Of a DNA stretch of 64,000 bases, positions 26,150 to 39,640 are shown piece by piece. The translations under genes were made by a program, and so were the position numbers. The DNA lies in NCBI GenBank assembly GCA_973895155.1, contig OZ316898.1, positions 2,269,927 to 2,333,926 of the forward strand, read 5' to 3'. The stretch comes from Marsupella aquatica (lineage: Eukaryota > Plantae > Marchantiophyta). Each line of letters begins with the position of its first letter. Within the stretch, counting starts at the first letter, position 1. Under the pieces are notes generated by a model. The model had not been told where the DNA came from. It made no database searches and worked only from the letters and a program-made list of their open reading frames with translations.

Positions 26150-28130
26150 TTGTCATGAGCAACCTTGAGGACAACTCACTGCTCATCACAAAGACCTATC
26201 GTGCTCTCTGTGCATGCGAAATGCAACGAGCTACAGCCCCAGAATAGCACTGCCGACCATGTTGGCTCTTCGCTCTGGGTGCTATTGAATGGGTGACATA
26301 ATGTCTTCCAAATTCGGAGTACTCTTCAACGTAATGGAATATGATTGGATTTCAACGACGAAAACAGTCTGACTAGGAAGCGTGCTCATCAAAAAGTATA
26401 TCCAAAACTTAATTGAGAATTGTACCATACGTGGTTTGATATTAGAAATTTAGCATCTAGGTCTCGTACAGCATCGATCAGTACAGTGGTGTTGACTGCA
26501 AAACAGCTGACCGACGTTAAGAGCTGGAGTAATCTCAGTTGCTCATTGCGATGGCATGACAAATTACTCTTGCTGCTCACTTCAGAGAATTACATCATTT
26601 AGGAAAAGGCGTTTGCGGAATCTGAGTTTCACCTAAATCTCTGTGTACGAATCACTACTGGATGGCATATCCCGTACACCCAGAACATGCTTTGGTTGAA
26701 AGATTAAGGGTACTCATGCTGCATTGCACGGGAGATTGAACACTCATCACTCTGCGTCAGCTTTCTCGCTTTCTCGTTGACAGCTCCACGCCAATGACTC
26801 CACACCATAAACGAGAAAGAAGGACCTCCTGACCATGAATTATTTGAAGATTCTCTAAAATTGTTCGAGCAAAAGATGCCCGTGCTCACCATGCGCGTGA
26901 GCTAGAGAGATTCTCGCAGAACATGACGGTCCTTTCGTCAAGTGTCTTCCAGTATATAACTTCCTAGAACGTGTCAAGCAACTCCTTATCACATGACCTC
27001 TGGTGGTGTCTGCTCTCCCAACGAATTTGTTATAAACATTGCATAGATAATCATGTTGTTTAGTGTAGGTTATTCAATCACGTTTGCCATCCTGATCTTA
27101 TTGAATGTGGTCTCATCGCGTTCCACCTAGGCCTCTTCCGCTTGGGATGCCCGGGGGGATGCCCAGCTGTATGCTGTTTCAATCAATCTCTCAATGCAAA
27201 AAGAATTGTGCTCTCATCCCAACTCTGAAGATTCTTTTTATGTCGGTGGTATTTTGGAATTATTTTATCAGACACCTGGGGAGTCTCGAAATTGCGGTCT
27301 CATTAATTAGGTGCGAAGAGAGCTGAGTCTTGGAATTGCGGCCTCATTAATTATATATGAAGATTATGCTGGGTTAGAGTTTCTTATTTCCCCGCAATCT
27401 ACAGCACTCTGCATGATTTCTGCCCCCTGTCCCGTTTGCCTGTCCAGGCACCCAAAGATGCACCATCCTGCGTGTCCAGCCCAGAGCTCTGGGTGTGATG
27501 ATTAAAAATGGAAAACCGTCATCTCCAGTCCACTCCACCGCATTCTGTCAACAGAATATAAATTAGTCTGATTGTCAGGCTGAAGAGCGCAACTTGGGTC
27601 ACTGTGTAAACTAACCTGAGGACTTCATTCTGGCATTGGGAATCCAATTTATGAGCATAAAAGTAATGGCATACAGGACATGATGGGAGGACAAGAACCC
27701 GGAGGATTCCATTTGCGCCAAGATCATTACAAACGTTTCCTTTCCGCCCGCTCGACGACACAACTCGGATTGCATTGCGGGGCTGTGGATTCTATTCAGT
27801 TCAGTGTCGATTTTCTCGATCGTATTTGGGAAAACAATATCGTCCTCCGATCGCAGCTCCCTAGACGAGCTCTGACGCAGGAAACGGTTGTGGGATTTTC
27901 TTAGGACAAGATCAATCTCGCCCAAACTGCGTCCGTTGTCTTGAAGAGGTAATAAGTCATTCACTGAGCATGATGTCCGAATCTCAACGGGTTCCGATGT
28001 TCTCTCTGTGTTAAATTTAGTGAAATCAGTGAAATTCCTTGATGGGCAAATTAATGGAGGACGGCCAGACTCACGGCCATGATGTGACTTATTCTGCAGT
28101 GTGGGTTGTTCGCATGGATCACCAACCATT
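26150..28130 (+). pseudogene. Possible decayed coding sequence(s) of unknown family
   Basis: Protein-like + strand fragments joined by frameshifts: INEKEGPPDHELFEDSLKLFEQKMPVLTMRV / REILAEHDGPFVKCLPVYNFLERVKQLLIT, and QFSVDFLDRIWENNIVLRSQLPRRALTQETVVG. Confidence 0.3.
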
Positions 28131-30955
28131 CAATCTGAACGATAAAACGATTGGTGAATTTGCAAAAGAAGACAAAGGAGAGTAAACACCGCAGTCTAGG
28201 ACTCTAGGGCCTAGGCGAGCTGCTGTGGCCAGCCCTGCCTGACGCGTGCAGTCCCACACTCCCACATCAGCCCTTTTCTTCACACACGAGAAGCCATCCG
28301 GGCCGTCGTTGCTCCGGCTCATTGGGTCGGTGGGTAAATTGTAAAATCGAGAATTCGTGAGAAGAACAAGAAACTGGTCGTCTGTCTCTCCGGCATTCTC
28401 TGTCAACATCCGTCCAAGCGCTCTAGGCAACTTGTTGTGTCGGACGCAACTCGCAATCCCCCATTTCGTTTCTGGAGAAACGCACGGGGCAGACCTGGGC
28501 AGGTTGAGATTGGGTAGGACTGGAGCAGCGTAGCCTGCTGCAATTGATTATTAGCTTTCGCTCCTTTCGAGTGGCCCCGGGATTGGAATTGGGGCCGCAG
28601 CATCGTGGCTGTTGTCGTCTCGGGGAAAATGCCCAGAAAAGCCCCCGCTGTATGTTTATACGTTTATACCGCATCGATCGGTCGGTCCCCCCATCCCGCA
28701 CGATTGCACGTCATGCAGCGTACAGTCCCGGCCCAGCCATGAGCCATTCCTCCTTTCAAATTATTATGACGCTTCTCGTCCTTTCCGGAGTCAAAAAGCC
28801 AAGAAAGTGAAAACCTCGAGACCGTAACACGATCGGCTCATAGACAGTAGAATTTTTCATGATCGTGAACAATTTGATTTCAAGAATGGACGCAATCTAT
28901 GTGGTCGGGTAGTAAGCTGTGGGTCCCTTCTTGGTCCCCACCTCATCTTTTTGTTGCTTCTGCTCCAAGTTGCATTTTCGCCCCCGATGCGTGACTTCAG
29001 GTCGCTGTAAAAGGAATGTAGTCGTTCTAACCCCACTGGCTTCATTCTCTCGTCTTACAACCTTTTCGGCATATCTATTTGATGATTGTCAAGCTTGATC
29101 TTAGAACTCCAGGCAGTCTTTTTCTCCTCCTTTATTCCTTAATAAGCCACACCAAACTACCATAAGTCCAGGATCCACATCATTATTCTGTGTCCTTTAT
29201 CCTTTTGTGGAACTGGTTTTTTATTGTCCGAGTGTATTGGGGAAAAGGTAAGCTAAGCTACAGGTTCCACCAATTATTAAAGAATTGTTTTGGGCTGCAG
29301 CTACGACCGTTCAAGTTGATGCCTAAAGGGTATCAGAACTGGAACAGGTGGGCCAGAACATCAAGTTTTAGCCGTGACAGAAATGGAGCTACTAGCCTAG
29401 CCTAGCGAATCCTAGACTGGTAGTTTGCCTACTGGCTATGGAGAGGATGACCTTGCCTACTTAGCCTGGTGGGCAGGCACGGAAAAGAGCCAGAAACAAA
29501 GAAAATTAAGGAGAAACACAGAGTCAGAGATGGTCCCTCTTTGAGGAGACCTCTCGAGCTGGCATTTACGGAATTACGGGGCTCTTGTCTTACTTTGTTG
29601 GTGTGTGTGCATGGAATCACGTACTCCTGGCTGGCTGGCTGGCTGGCTGGACCTAAGACTTGCTTGTCTTGTTTTCTGTGTCCACTGCCAACATCGAGCT
29701 CCCATCAATTTCTGTTTTGTTTTGTGTCTCTGAAGCTAAGCTTTCGTTGGTTTAAAAGGGCATGCACCCAACAGCCTGAGTGAGACAAGAGACCAAGACT
29801 CCGAGAGACACTGCGCACTGTTGCTGAACGCCAGTAAAAGAAGCCTCTAATTTCTTTGAAATTCCTGCATTCCATTTTATCCGACCGTTTTATCCCATTC
29901 TTCAAAAGCTTTTTAGCTTGTGGACTTGAATCGGCTGATGCCTCACTCTTGTCCCTTCAGCCGTAGACTCCAACGTGTATTTCATTCCGTCCCCGTTTAC
30001 AAGACTTCTCCTGTCGTCACAGTAAGTCTCATTAGTAGAGGGGGTTGTTTTACTATTATTCCATCCCCTGAGCCTGGTATGGACGAATCAAACAAGGAAT
30101 TGGATCAGCAATTACGACACAGGCTTTGAAAACTTGCAGGCGACGGACCCTGATTAGAGTTTGACTGGAATTCGAAGCAACGCCGTGGCCGATGACTCAG
30201 ACACTCGTTACGGATGTAAATATGGGTTTGCTTACGAGAATTCAGTGCAGAGTGCGACCAGACTCACGTCGAAAAGGTCATTTTTTTTTCTTCATATATT
30301 AAGCACTTGAACGAGAGCTTGGATCACTGCGGTCTGACTTCCTGCTGGGAGAGGACACTGGGCAAACACAACTTGCTGCTGGGTGAGAAGACTGATTACG
30401 CCGAGTCTGATGTCAACTTCCTGCCATGGACAAAAACCTGTCATGAGTTATGGGAAGTGATAGAGAGAGAGCGAGAATCAAATGATGAATGGATGGAATT
30501 TGAGGACGGAGAGAGGAACCGGCAGACATCCTGTGCCCTCCATGGAGGACTGCTACACCGATGGGGACATCCAGACATATATAGCAAAGTAATACCGGTA
30601 CCACCACCTCGGTGGTAGGAATGAATGACGGGACTTCTGGTCACCACCTCCCAGTGCCGTAGGTGGGCTTTGCTACAGTACATGGGAATCTTCAGACAAC
30701 AAAGTTCATGTATTTTCGAAGCCTTCATCATCCCAGGTTGCCGACCCATACCCGCACCCTGGTTGGAAACAACACCAAATATCGGGGATGGGACTGGAAG
30801 AATGGGACATTATTGGGACCGTAGTGAGAATGATACCGTATTCAATGGACCAGATAATCTAGAGAAAGAGAAAGTGAGAGGAATGATCGTCATCACGCCT
30901 TTCTTGTGAGGAACCTGAGAGTCCCAGGGAAAGGGAGAGATCCGCTGTTGGGCTT

Positions 30956-30978
30956 GAGAGAGAGAGAGAGAGAGAGAG
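30956..30978. repeat. (GA)n microsatellite, possible BPC/GAGA-type site
   Basis: Seen directly; the regulatory role is inference. Confidence 0.9.
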
Positions 30979-33319
30979 GATGGAAGGGGAGAGAGAATCA
31001 GTGCTTCAGCATTTCAGCGTGCTGGGTTCCGAAACTCCAGAACTGACGGGAGGGACAGCAGAACTCCACTACCGTACCGCAATCAAGTTCTGCAAAGGGC
31101 CGGAGAGATTTTATTGAGATAGGAGAGAACCTTTGGCAGCAGAGAATGTCACACATTGTCAAGTGCTTGACTCACTTACAGCGAGTAGTAAGTATACAGT
31201 CCCACAGTGCTGTACCACAAGTCTTCCTGCTCAGCTTCTCAGCAGAAACTTTTTCGGTTTTTCCAGTGTTCCACACAAGCGGAGTCAGAAAGCCAGACGG
31301 CAGCATAATGGACTAGAGGTCGTCCCTTGACCCTTGTACATTACTCGAAAGTACAGTACGTGGGGAAAGTGGAGGGAATGGGAAGAGGCAGGTATCGAGT
31401 CTGAGTATCATGGTTGGTAGCCTACCTCGTCTCTAACTCACTCTCTCACTTCCCCTGGAGCCCTGTAATTGCTTAGCATAATTATCCTGTGATTTGATCT
31501 GATGGTCATAAATAGATCTAAGAAAATAGAGTTTAAAAAAACATTCTCAGTATCTTCTCTTTCATTAAAGGAAGATTCTTAGCATCTGCTCCTCCACATA
31601 AGGTGACATTTGATACCTTGGTAGAAAGAAAATCCGTTAAATATTACCCTCCTCGCCGCTAATCTTTGGGGTTGGTAGATTGGCTAGTGTAATATATAGG
31701 TGGTAGACTGGCTAGTGGAAGACAAAAATTTAGTACATTCTAGCCAACAATGACAAAGACTTTTTATTGAGCTAAAATTTGGTGTGTTTTCACCACTAAA
31801 AAAAACCTGGTTAAGTGATTGATTGTTAGGATTTACTCTTAGTTCTATGGTAAATTATGACTATAATCATAATTAAGGTTAACCTTAGTCGCAAACTAGG
31901 TTAGGTTAACTAGGTTACACACTATATACCAAGTCATGTTTGTTTGGATAGAGGGAACTCAGATTCATTGTTACCAAGTCAGTTGAGAAGGTGGTTGACA
32001 AATCAATTTCCTTGCTTCCTTAGAGGACATTCATGGGGCACTTGTAGACTTGGTTGCCACACTAGATGTGGACCATGAGAAATTCCCTTGCAAAAGCTTG
32101 CTCCCCATAAAGGAAATTCAGGTCTCACTTGCAAGCATGCAGCTACAACATTAGACATGGACCACTAGATCATCACATTATTGCAATAGTAGATAGTAGA
32201 TTTCAACTCTTTTTTTAGCTGGGCTTTTTGGATTGCTTTCGCCCATTTCCTTTGAGTTTGGTGTTTGTGCTCTCTCTCTCTACATTGTCTCCTGCTTTTA
32301 CTTCAACTATTTCCAAGATTTTGCTTTGAAAATTTCCTTGCAACCAATTCATATCAAGTGACGGGTCTATTTGGCTTCACATGAGTTGTAGAGGCTGGTC
32401 ACTTGTACAAGAAATTTTCCAATTGTGCAGGGACTTCTCCCCATCCTACATGGATTGGAGTGCGCCCCCAATATGCTTATGCAGACAGTGTAGTTCAGGC
32501 CAAAGTTTAGATCACCTGTAGAGGCAGTATTTTGAATGTACTACTCCATCTCTTCCTATCAGCAGCACAGTAGTAAATGCACTACCTTACCACCTGTTTT
32601 GGTCAGGAAGCAATCTAAATGGACCTGTTGATCAGGTATTCTAAAACACAAGGGACTGGCAAATCTTTCCCTGAAAGAACAGAGCCCCTGCAGGAAAATA
32701 CAAGACTACAGCAGGCAACAGGCCCATAAGTAATAATGCATGATCAAAAGCCACACTCTAGAGCCTTTACCTGGTATAGAGTGAAGCCTCTAGACTGTGA
32801 ATCTGGTGTGGCGGGAAGAACTTTCAGGGTGAAAAACACAACCATAAGCAAAACTTGGGCAACCAGGCTAATGTTCTTTTACAAAGTAAAAAATATGACA
32901 AAAAGTGATTATATTGTACTTCCACAGTTGTGGGGACAGCTGCGCTTTAAGAGCCTTAAGAACGCCAAAAGAACAAGGTAAGTCCCTCTTTGGCTCAATG
33001 ACAGGGCTGCTCTCAATTGATGGGCTACCTAGCTAATCATCATGGGAGGAAAGAAAGCAGGTTCTCATAAATTGCTCATGATGTGAGAAAAGGGACTCAC
33101 TTACCTCAAACTTTTTCATGAGCATGAGATGAGAGCACTGTCAGGTCGTTTGGTTTGATTTGTCTTTTTTCAGAACGCCTTATGTTGTCTTGTTATCGAG
33201 GGCCCAAAGAACTCTCCTGACGATGCACTGTGGTAGCTTGGCTATTGTGGGTTCGCCTGCAATATATAATATGTATCTGACTGATTTTGTTAGTCCTTAG
33301 TTCTTGTCCTATGCCAGAA

Positions 33320-35450
33320 AATCAATCCACCCAAGAGAGGAAAGTCTTTCCGTTCTCAACTGTACCATGGATAACTGATTTTCTGGCAGAAAACAAGAAG
33401 TCTCTCTGCTTTGACCAGATTATGAAACACTCCTGGTAGACTAGGCAAAGGGGCTTTAAGGGACAAGATTGGCAACTTGGTGAGACAATCAGAGGGAACT
33501 TCATTGAAAGTGCACCTGCACTACTAAAGCAAGGTAGGCTTTTTCTCCATCCATGACGCAAGGCACATGCTGAAAGCATGGAATTTGAGAGGTAGCAGGG
33601 TCTTCATGCTCAACTACATTAAAAGGGGACATAAAAAATTCCATTGCAAAAAGTAGATTACAGTTCATCTCAATAGCGTGGGGAATTTTCGCTTCGTTCT
33701 AAGTTCTCACATTCCCAATGATTGAATGCAATATATCATGAGCAAATACGTTTTACCCGTTGGAAAAACCTCAGTTCCATGCTTCCTCCATCAATCCTCC
33801 TGGCTCTACCAGCACAGGATTGTAACTTTTCTGATGGATGAAGCCCGTTGATTCTGTTGATATTGATTCAGATCTTCTTATTGACATGAAACCTTGAGCG
33901 AGTGTTCAGGCACTGGTTGTAATACATGGTATGTATAGAACTTTGTTAAGATCAACGAACAAACATGGTTGTATGATGAACGTAACAAACATGAAGTGGA
34001 TCAACATCAGAAATGTGTGACCTATGTTATTCCACAATAGTTTGGCACCAACTACAACTGAGTCTGTGGACTGCAAGATGGCAAAGAGCAAAAGCTTTTC
34101 AGAATCAACAACAAAAGCTTTTTAACTCTGCTAAACATTCAATCCCAAATCTGGACAAGGAATTCTGTATTAATGAAACAGTCAAAACAATGAAAACCCT
34201 TCGAAGGTCGCTCCAAGGCTTTGTGTTCGCGTCAATCTTTCGGATCTGCATTGATATTATTTTTATGGGTGGAATCGAGTTTATTTCAACCGACAGCATA
34301 TTTTGACCGGTGAATTCATTCCAACAACAAGCCATCCACCTCGTAGAAAGAATGATATAAGTATATATAGAGAGATTAATATGCAATTTTTTTCTAACTA
34401 AAGTAGATGATGGATGGCCCACGTGACTACACTAAATGATCACGTGACTTGTTGTCATCTCCTATGAAGTCATCTGACTGCTCTTAGCCTACCCCTTTCA
34501 TCACATCTACAGTGAGCTCATGATAGAGAATAAGACACACAAAGTCGGCCCATTACAAAATGCTACATTCCAGCTAAGAGAGAGAATGAGGAATGATGGA
34601 GATATCTGGATTCCAAACCTTATAAAAAGCATACAAAGCCCGCTGACTGTCGAAAGGAGTACAGCCTCGATCTAACTTGGAAAATACTAACATACAAAGC
34701 CTGCTAACTATCCAAAATCTGCCTCCACGTTCGTAATTTTGGGATTTAATAAACTCATGGAAAGGTGGTGGTAACCGTCCAAGCAGGCTGATTTCACTTG
34801 GACAAGCATTCCAACTGCTCGGTCCAATATTCATGCAAGCAAACTGTCGAGACCAACAAGATCTCGTGGTTGGTTTTGTTTATTTGGAGAATCTGTATCT
34901 GCGCTACAACTGAGCCCACCCATCAACAACAAATTTGAGCAGCTGTCGAGGATTACAAGTTAGCTAGTGATATTTTTAATTTCTATCACTCGTGTTACGA
35001 ACATGCCAAGACACTGTCTTGTGCCTGAGTATCCCTTACACTTGACGAGACCCATAACTAGTATTGCCCATTTGAACCACCAGCTTGAAGTTTTGATGCC
35101 TGGCAGTCCAAAGACGTTTGTTGGTCGAGTAGTTGAGCGAGGCTGGAAGCAGACACTAATTATACATTATACTAACACACAATGAGATGTGGACCGTCGG
35201 CAGACAAGCTGTCTGGTTCAAATTGACGAGTATCATCAGTGAAATTAAACTTGGTACTTGGGTAAGTCCAAGCCAGCAGAGTCATTAGGGGAAAACTTAA
35301 CTAATAGATTGCCAGGCTCAGGTCACTGATAGGATCCATCTATTACAGCACAGACAATGTTGAGCTTTGGAAGAAACTCGAAGACAATGGTCAGTCGTTT
35401 GTAATTTGCGTTCTTCATTGCAGGTTGTTATCATAAATCTGCAGTATAAT
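33320..35450 (+). pseudogene. Possible decayed coding sequence of unknown family
   Basis: Stop-interrupted, protein-like + strand stretches: VFPFSTVPWITDFLAENKKSLCFDQIMKHSW; LFNSAKHSIPNLDKEFCINETVKTMKTLRRSLQGF; QDLVVGFVYLENLYLRYN; IGSIYYSTDNVELWKKLEDNG. Confidence 0.28.
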
Positions 35451-36100
35451 GCTAAGTGGATTTGACTGGTATGATGCAGCATCATTTGTCTGAAATCTCC
35501 TTTTCTTCACCTCTTTCGCCGCCTGTGCGAATCATCTTCTTCGTCAGGGAGTCCCATCTTTTCCCCCCGCTGTAGCTCCGGAAGCTGCTGTTATCACACT
35601 GCAGCCCTAGAATTACGCGAAGATGGGGGACAATGGGGACGAAGATGCTGCAGCCACTCGGAGCACCGTCCGCAGGAGAGAGTACTCATGATGAAGCTAG
35701 GGCCTGAAATATATTAAAAACAGTACAGTGATGCTTCACAAGCACTCGGCAGCAGCTGAGATGGGAGGGCGGAGAGCAGCGCATGACACGCATGATACAA
35801 GTCCCATCGTATAATGAAAGCCCTCCCTCCGTCCACCACCAGGCAAGTGACAAAGCGAAAGTTTCATCGGGATCATGAAACTCTACTCTACCTGGCCTGC
35901 CGTCGCCGTTGAAGCAACTGAAGAAGGCCACTAGAAGTCACCATAGCCCAGTCCCATCTCATTTAATAGGAGTAAACCGGAGAATCCTCTTCACTTCCGC
36001 ATGACTCACGCACCTGTGTTCCATTCCCCATCCTCACATTCTAGAATAGACTAGCAGAGGGAAAAAGGGAGCGTGTAAGAGAGCGGGAGATCCCATCGAT

Positions 36101-36169
36101 CAGACCAGACCAGACCACACCACACCAGACCACCAGACCAGACCAGACCAGACCATCAGACCACACCAG
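36101..36169. repeat. Imperfect (CAGAC/CACAC)n microsatellite
   Basis: Seen directly. Confidence 0.9.
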
Positions 36170-37647
36170 TCCTGAGAATAGCAGATGTGCGTCAGTCTGC
36201 TAGTTTGAGACCTGGGGAGGTTGCAAACACACGACAATCTCCCAACCCCCGGTATTGTCCGTAGATCTCTTCCTCTCTCTATTCTGTTTCTCCTTGTCTC
36301 TGTCTCTCTCTCGTTTCCTGGGGGCTCATGCATGCACCATGCACCTTCCTTCCTTCTTCCTTCCATTTTTATCTCAGATGTAGTTGGTCTGAGTGAGACA
36401 GAATGATTCCATCCCATAGTAGACCTGAGCAACAACAGCACTGTTAATCCCTAGAGCGCAAGAGACGCAGCAGTCGTCTGACTACAGAATAGTGCTCCGA
36501 ACATACAGCAGCAGGAGCTAGCTGCCATGCAAACATACTATCTCTGAAGATATGACCTCATCAGGCAGCATGCAACGGCATCATCAGCCGCCGTCGCCTC
36601 AGACAGCAAGCACAGCAGCATCAACAGCAGTGTGGTCTCATTGCTTACTTGGCTATGGAAGATCACACATCAATTCCCATACTGATTGCAGTGTTAACTA
36701 GTGAGTCGAGCTCTGCCAACAGTACATGCTGCTGCATTGGAGTAAGTCACCTCTCGCTGGGGATGTCAGTCTCGTTCTCTCGTGCACTGTAGTTGCGCCT
36801 GGATCATGAATGAATTGCTTTCCTGCCACCATATCTACCTAGCTAGGGAGGAAGCTAGCGATTCCGTGGTCATTCTTCAGTCGTGGTTGCCGTCCGCATA
36901 ACCATTAAATCCTACAAACATGCAGAAGCGCGCTGCCCCCTTCCTTTTCCAGCAATTGTTGAGCTGCAACGTTAGTAAATTGGGTCATGCCAAGCATTTG
37001 AATTGGGACAGAGCCCATGCTGGAATCAAACTGAGAGAATTTTAAAGGCATCGGCAGAGGTGATCCATCAGATGCCATCATGCGAAAAGGGACGAATTCG
37101 TGGTGTGTTTAGGTGACGTCCCGAGGCTGCCTCTTTTTGATAATCGTCATCAGCCATTCCATACTAAGCAAGGGCTGTCATACACCAAATTTTACCTCAT
37201 TGCTAAGGGGAAAGTGAAGCAGGGATGGACCACCACTTTGGAGACAATGCTCCAGTGTACCAGATTTTGGTGGTAGTTTTGGGATTATAGCTTAAATATA
37301 GTGAGTCTTAAAATAATCTTTAGTTTTTCATGACAAGGCAACTAGAGAAAGAGGAGACATAAGAAAACACAAGCCCTAATATTTCATATTGACAGAATGA
37401 AAATTCCTCTAATAGAATTTACCACTCCACATTTCATGATAAATAACTCAATCAAAATGATCAAAAATCCACGGCCACTTTGATGGAAATGTAATTTAAC
37501 TACTCCTTTATCACATCCTCAAAAATTAAAAATATTTGATTTATGAATATCCAGTTATTATAATTAAACTTCAATTTTTATAAATGTGGTCCAAGAGTAT
37601 TTCAAAGACCAACGTTGTGGTCCATGGGAGCATCGTTTTCTTGCTAA

Positions 37648-37706
37648 GGGAGGGTGGGGGGGGGGGGGGGGGGTTGAGGGGGGCGGGGGTGAGTGGGCGG
37701 GGGGGA
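37648..37706 (+). repeat. Poly-G / G-quadruplex-capable tract
   Basis: GGGAGGGT followed by a long G run and further G3-G7 runs. Confidence 0.85.
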
Positions 37707-39429
37707 CGATACTCAGGCCTGGTGTTACGTAGCTGACATCGTGCCAATCATTCAATTCTCACACTGGCAGAGTGCCAATCAATACCATGCTGAATGTACT
37801 GTCAATGATTTTGAGCTCATGAAAAGCATTTGGTTCGTCACGTTAGCCTCATTTTCTGTTTCAATCAGCAGGTCAAGGTAATTCACAAGCTAGACAGTAG
37901 TTAGACATTATTTTCATGCCTTCCCAGGATTTTACTTCATTTATTGTAAACTACGGAACCCCCAAGAGGAGGAACTGGCTTAGGGGAAATCCCACCTGAG
38001 CAGCCATAGTATCAGTGCAACTCATTGGGTGGATCAGGGTGGTGGCTTTACAAAATGCCTAGCCGGGTTATCTTCCTTGTGTTCTCTCTAAGATTAAATT
38101 TGGACCGTACAATGAGTGGAGGGCCCATTTAAGTGTGGCAACCCCCAATCCTACATGGCAAGCAATGGTGGACCAAAGTGACTGCTATGTGGAGTGCTAA
38201 TTTTGTCTAGAATTGTAGACCACATCCAAAGGTGGTCCAAACATTCCCACAAACTTAGGTTCCCGCATTCAAGGGATTATTTTGCATATAATACATATAA
38301 GTTCATTTCAAGGATTTTTGGTCTGGAGTCTTAGTTTAGGACAAGAAGAGCCACAGTGAAAAAATAGTCACAGGTATCCCCTCCTTCTTGTAAAGCAACC
38401 ACCCTCGATTCTTTTTTATGACTTGGTCATTATTGTAGCTGCTACACCTATCATTTCCGGAAAATGGTAGAATTCATGTTTCTACCATACTTTACAGAAT
38501 AGTTCTACTTCTGAATTATTTAATGATAGTCATAGTCATCTGGGCAGGCTCTTTGGCAACTTACGATGAGTTCAACGATTTTTCAAGTTGCATATTTTAA
38601 TGTTTTCTACACAAGGGGGGACACAAAATGACTGTACTCGATAAAAAGACGGAAACGAACCAAAGATCAAAGTTAGGTATCAAGTCTTATGTTTGAAATT
38701 TAAAGAATCTAGGTGTGTCTATTGCACTGAACAGCATCCATTTCACAGAAAGAGCTAGGGTTGCCCAGGGTTACCAAAACTATGAAGAGTTTTACCAAGC
38801 ATACTCCCAGGGTTGACAAAAACAGGAAGAGACCAGGAGCCTAAGTATACTCTTATTAGGCTTTCCGGCTTGGCTTGAAAATATTTAGAAGTCAAAGATT
38901 GAAAGGTGTTCACTTGGGTTTCTCAAAGTTACTTATGTATTCCTTGAGGTGAAGCCCCATTACTCTATGTTTACTTTTATTTTTTCCAAAACACTGGGAT
39001 GGACTTTTGTAACTGATTATGGACCACAGTGAAACCTTCTTTTCTGCTAAGATGATACACATTACACTGGAGATAATGTGTGACAGAAAAGAACAGACAT
39101 CTTGGAAATTCATCGCTCTCTTGATTCTTAGGAGAACTTATCAATATTAGATCAACTACTGTAGTTGGAAAGGTCGTTCCAAGCCTTCTAAAGACAAGAA
39201 CAGCCAAATGAATTCTGTTGCAGATCAAAGGAGAAATTGAAAGTCAAACTTTGTCAATCAAAAGGTACGGGGATCAATCAATTCAAGGACCCCTTGGTTA
39301 TTTAAGTTTGATGTTATTCAACAACTAAGTTAGAGCACATGAAGTTGCATACTCACTGGAATATCTTTGAATATGGAGATGTAGGGGAAAAAAGAGTAGA
39401 TTGTTCATGGTAGTAGTCCATGCACAACC

Positions 39430-39640
39430 ATTCCCTTGGTACTCCTATGTCCATAGAGGCCATGCAAAATGTGTTTTCGAAGCCCAAGGGTTTTTTACAT
39501 TCCTTTGGTATTCTTTTATCCATTAATAGTAGTTGAAGGGTTTCTTATGTTCCCTGGCTGTTCTTTTGTCCATAGTAGCCAAAGGGTTTCTGACATTACC
39601 TTGGTAAATGTTATTGGTACTTGAAGAGTTTCTTTCTACC
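39430..39640. repeat. Degenerate ~48-bp minisatellite
   Basis: Recurring AAGGGTTT...CCTTGGTA...TCCATAG motifs over about four units. Confidence 0.55.

Noticed and set aside
31380-31391. GGGAAGAGGCAG, partial complement of miR408
   Set aside because: Only 12 nt match in a purine-rich tract, with no hairpin or plantacyanin/laccase exon nearby.
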